Made by a program: the position numbers and the translations under genes
In this document: positions 63,991-64,000 of the stretch, one piece after another
Position numbering within the stretch: the first letter of the stretch is position 1
How the letters are laid out: each line of letters begins with the position of its first letter
Source of the DNA: Podarcis gaigeae
Lineage: Eukaryota
Direction: 5' to 3' (one strand)
Assembly (NCBI GenBank): GCA_964106915.2
Contig: OZ066914.1
DNA: 64,000 nt
The notes under the pieces: model-generated
The model's input: only the letters and a program-made list of their open reading frames with translations
What the model was told of the DNA's origin: nothing
Databases searched by the model: none

Positions 63991-64000
63991 GGAGCCTCGG

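Larger units (their letters stand above)
63000..64000. promoter_or_regulatory. CpG island / promoter of RASSF7
   Basis: Abrupt rise in GC and CpG density versus the CpG-poor remainder; GGGCGG-type boxes (e.g. ~63506) and CCAAT (~63124). Confidence 0.85.

Noticed and set aside
62975-63991. Long overlapping ORFs (337, 258, 155, 151 aa) on both strands
   Set aside because: Expected from stop-codon depletion in a CpG island; mostly non-ATG starts, low-complexity P/R/A/G content, no recognisable domain, and they cross the exon 1 donor.

Overview
Vertebrate genomic DNA from a squamate reptile. Sauria SINEs are present, and the MITE/LINE set looks like that of a lacertid lizard (inference). The window holds essentially the whole RASSF7 gene on the minus strand: a CpG-island non-coding exon 1 (~63.7-64.0 kb), a ~33.4 kb first intron, coding exons at 30090-30192, 25808-26706, 23078-23246, 20644/20630-20751 and 18101-18132, and a ~3 kb 3' UTR ending near an AATAAA at 15072-15077. 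The most interesting feature is that the last intron's 5' splice site lies inside the codons of a RASSF8-like C-terminal motif. Intron retention gives ...NPEGVYV* (430 aa, PDZ-ligand-like end), while splicing gives ...NPEVMSAKQSIWR* (436 aa). The predicted leader has two uORFs. Positions 1-15 kb contain no convincing CDS but several plus-strand splice signals, where synteny predicts the miR-210 host lncRNA; the miR-210 hairpin itself was not found. The rest is old and recent transposon debris (Tc1/mariner-pogo, hAT and Harbinger MITEs, Sauria SINEs, L1, L2, CR1, RTE-like), a perfect 48-bp palindrome and a 190-bp tandem duplication. No prokaryote-type systems, tRNA/rRNA genes or CRISPR arrays were seen. 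All calls were made by eye, without database searches.
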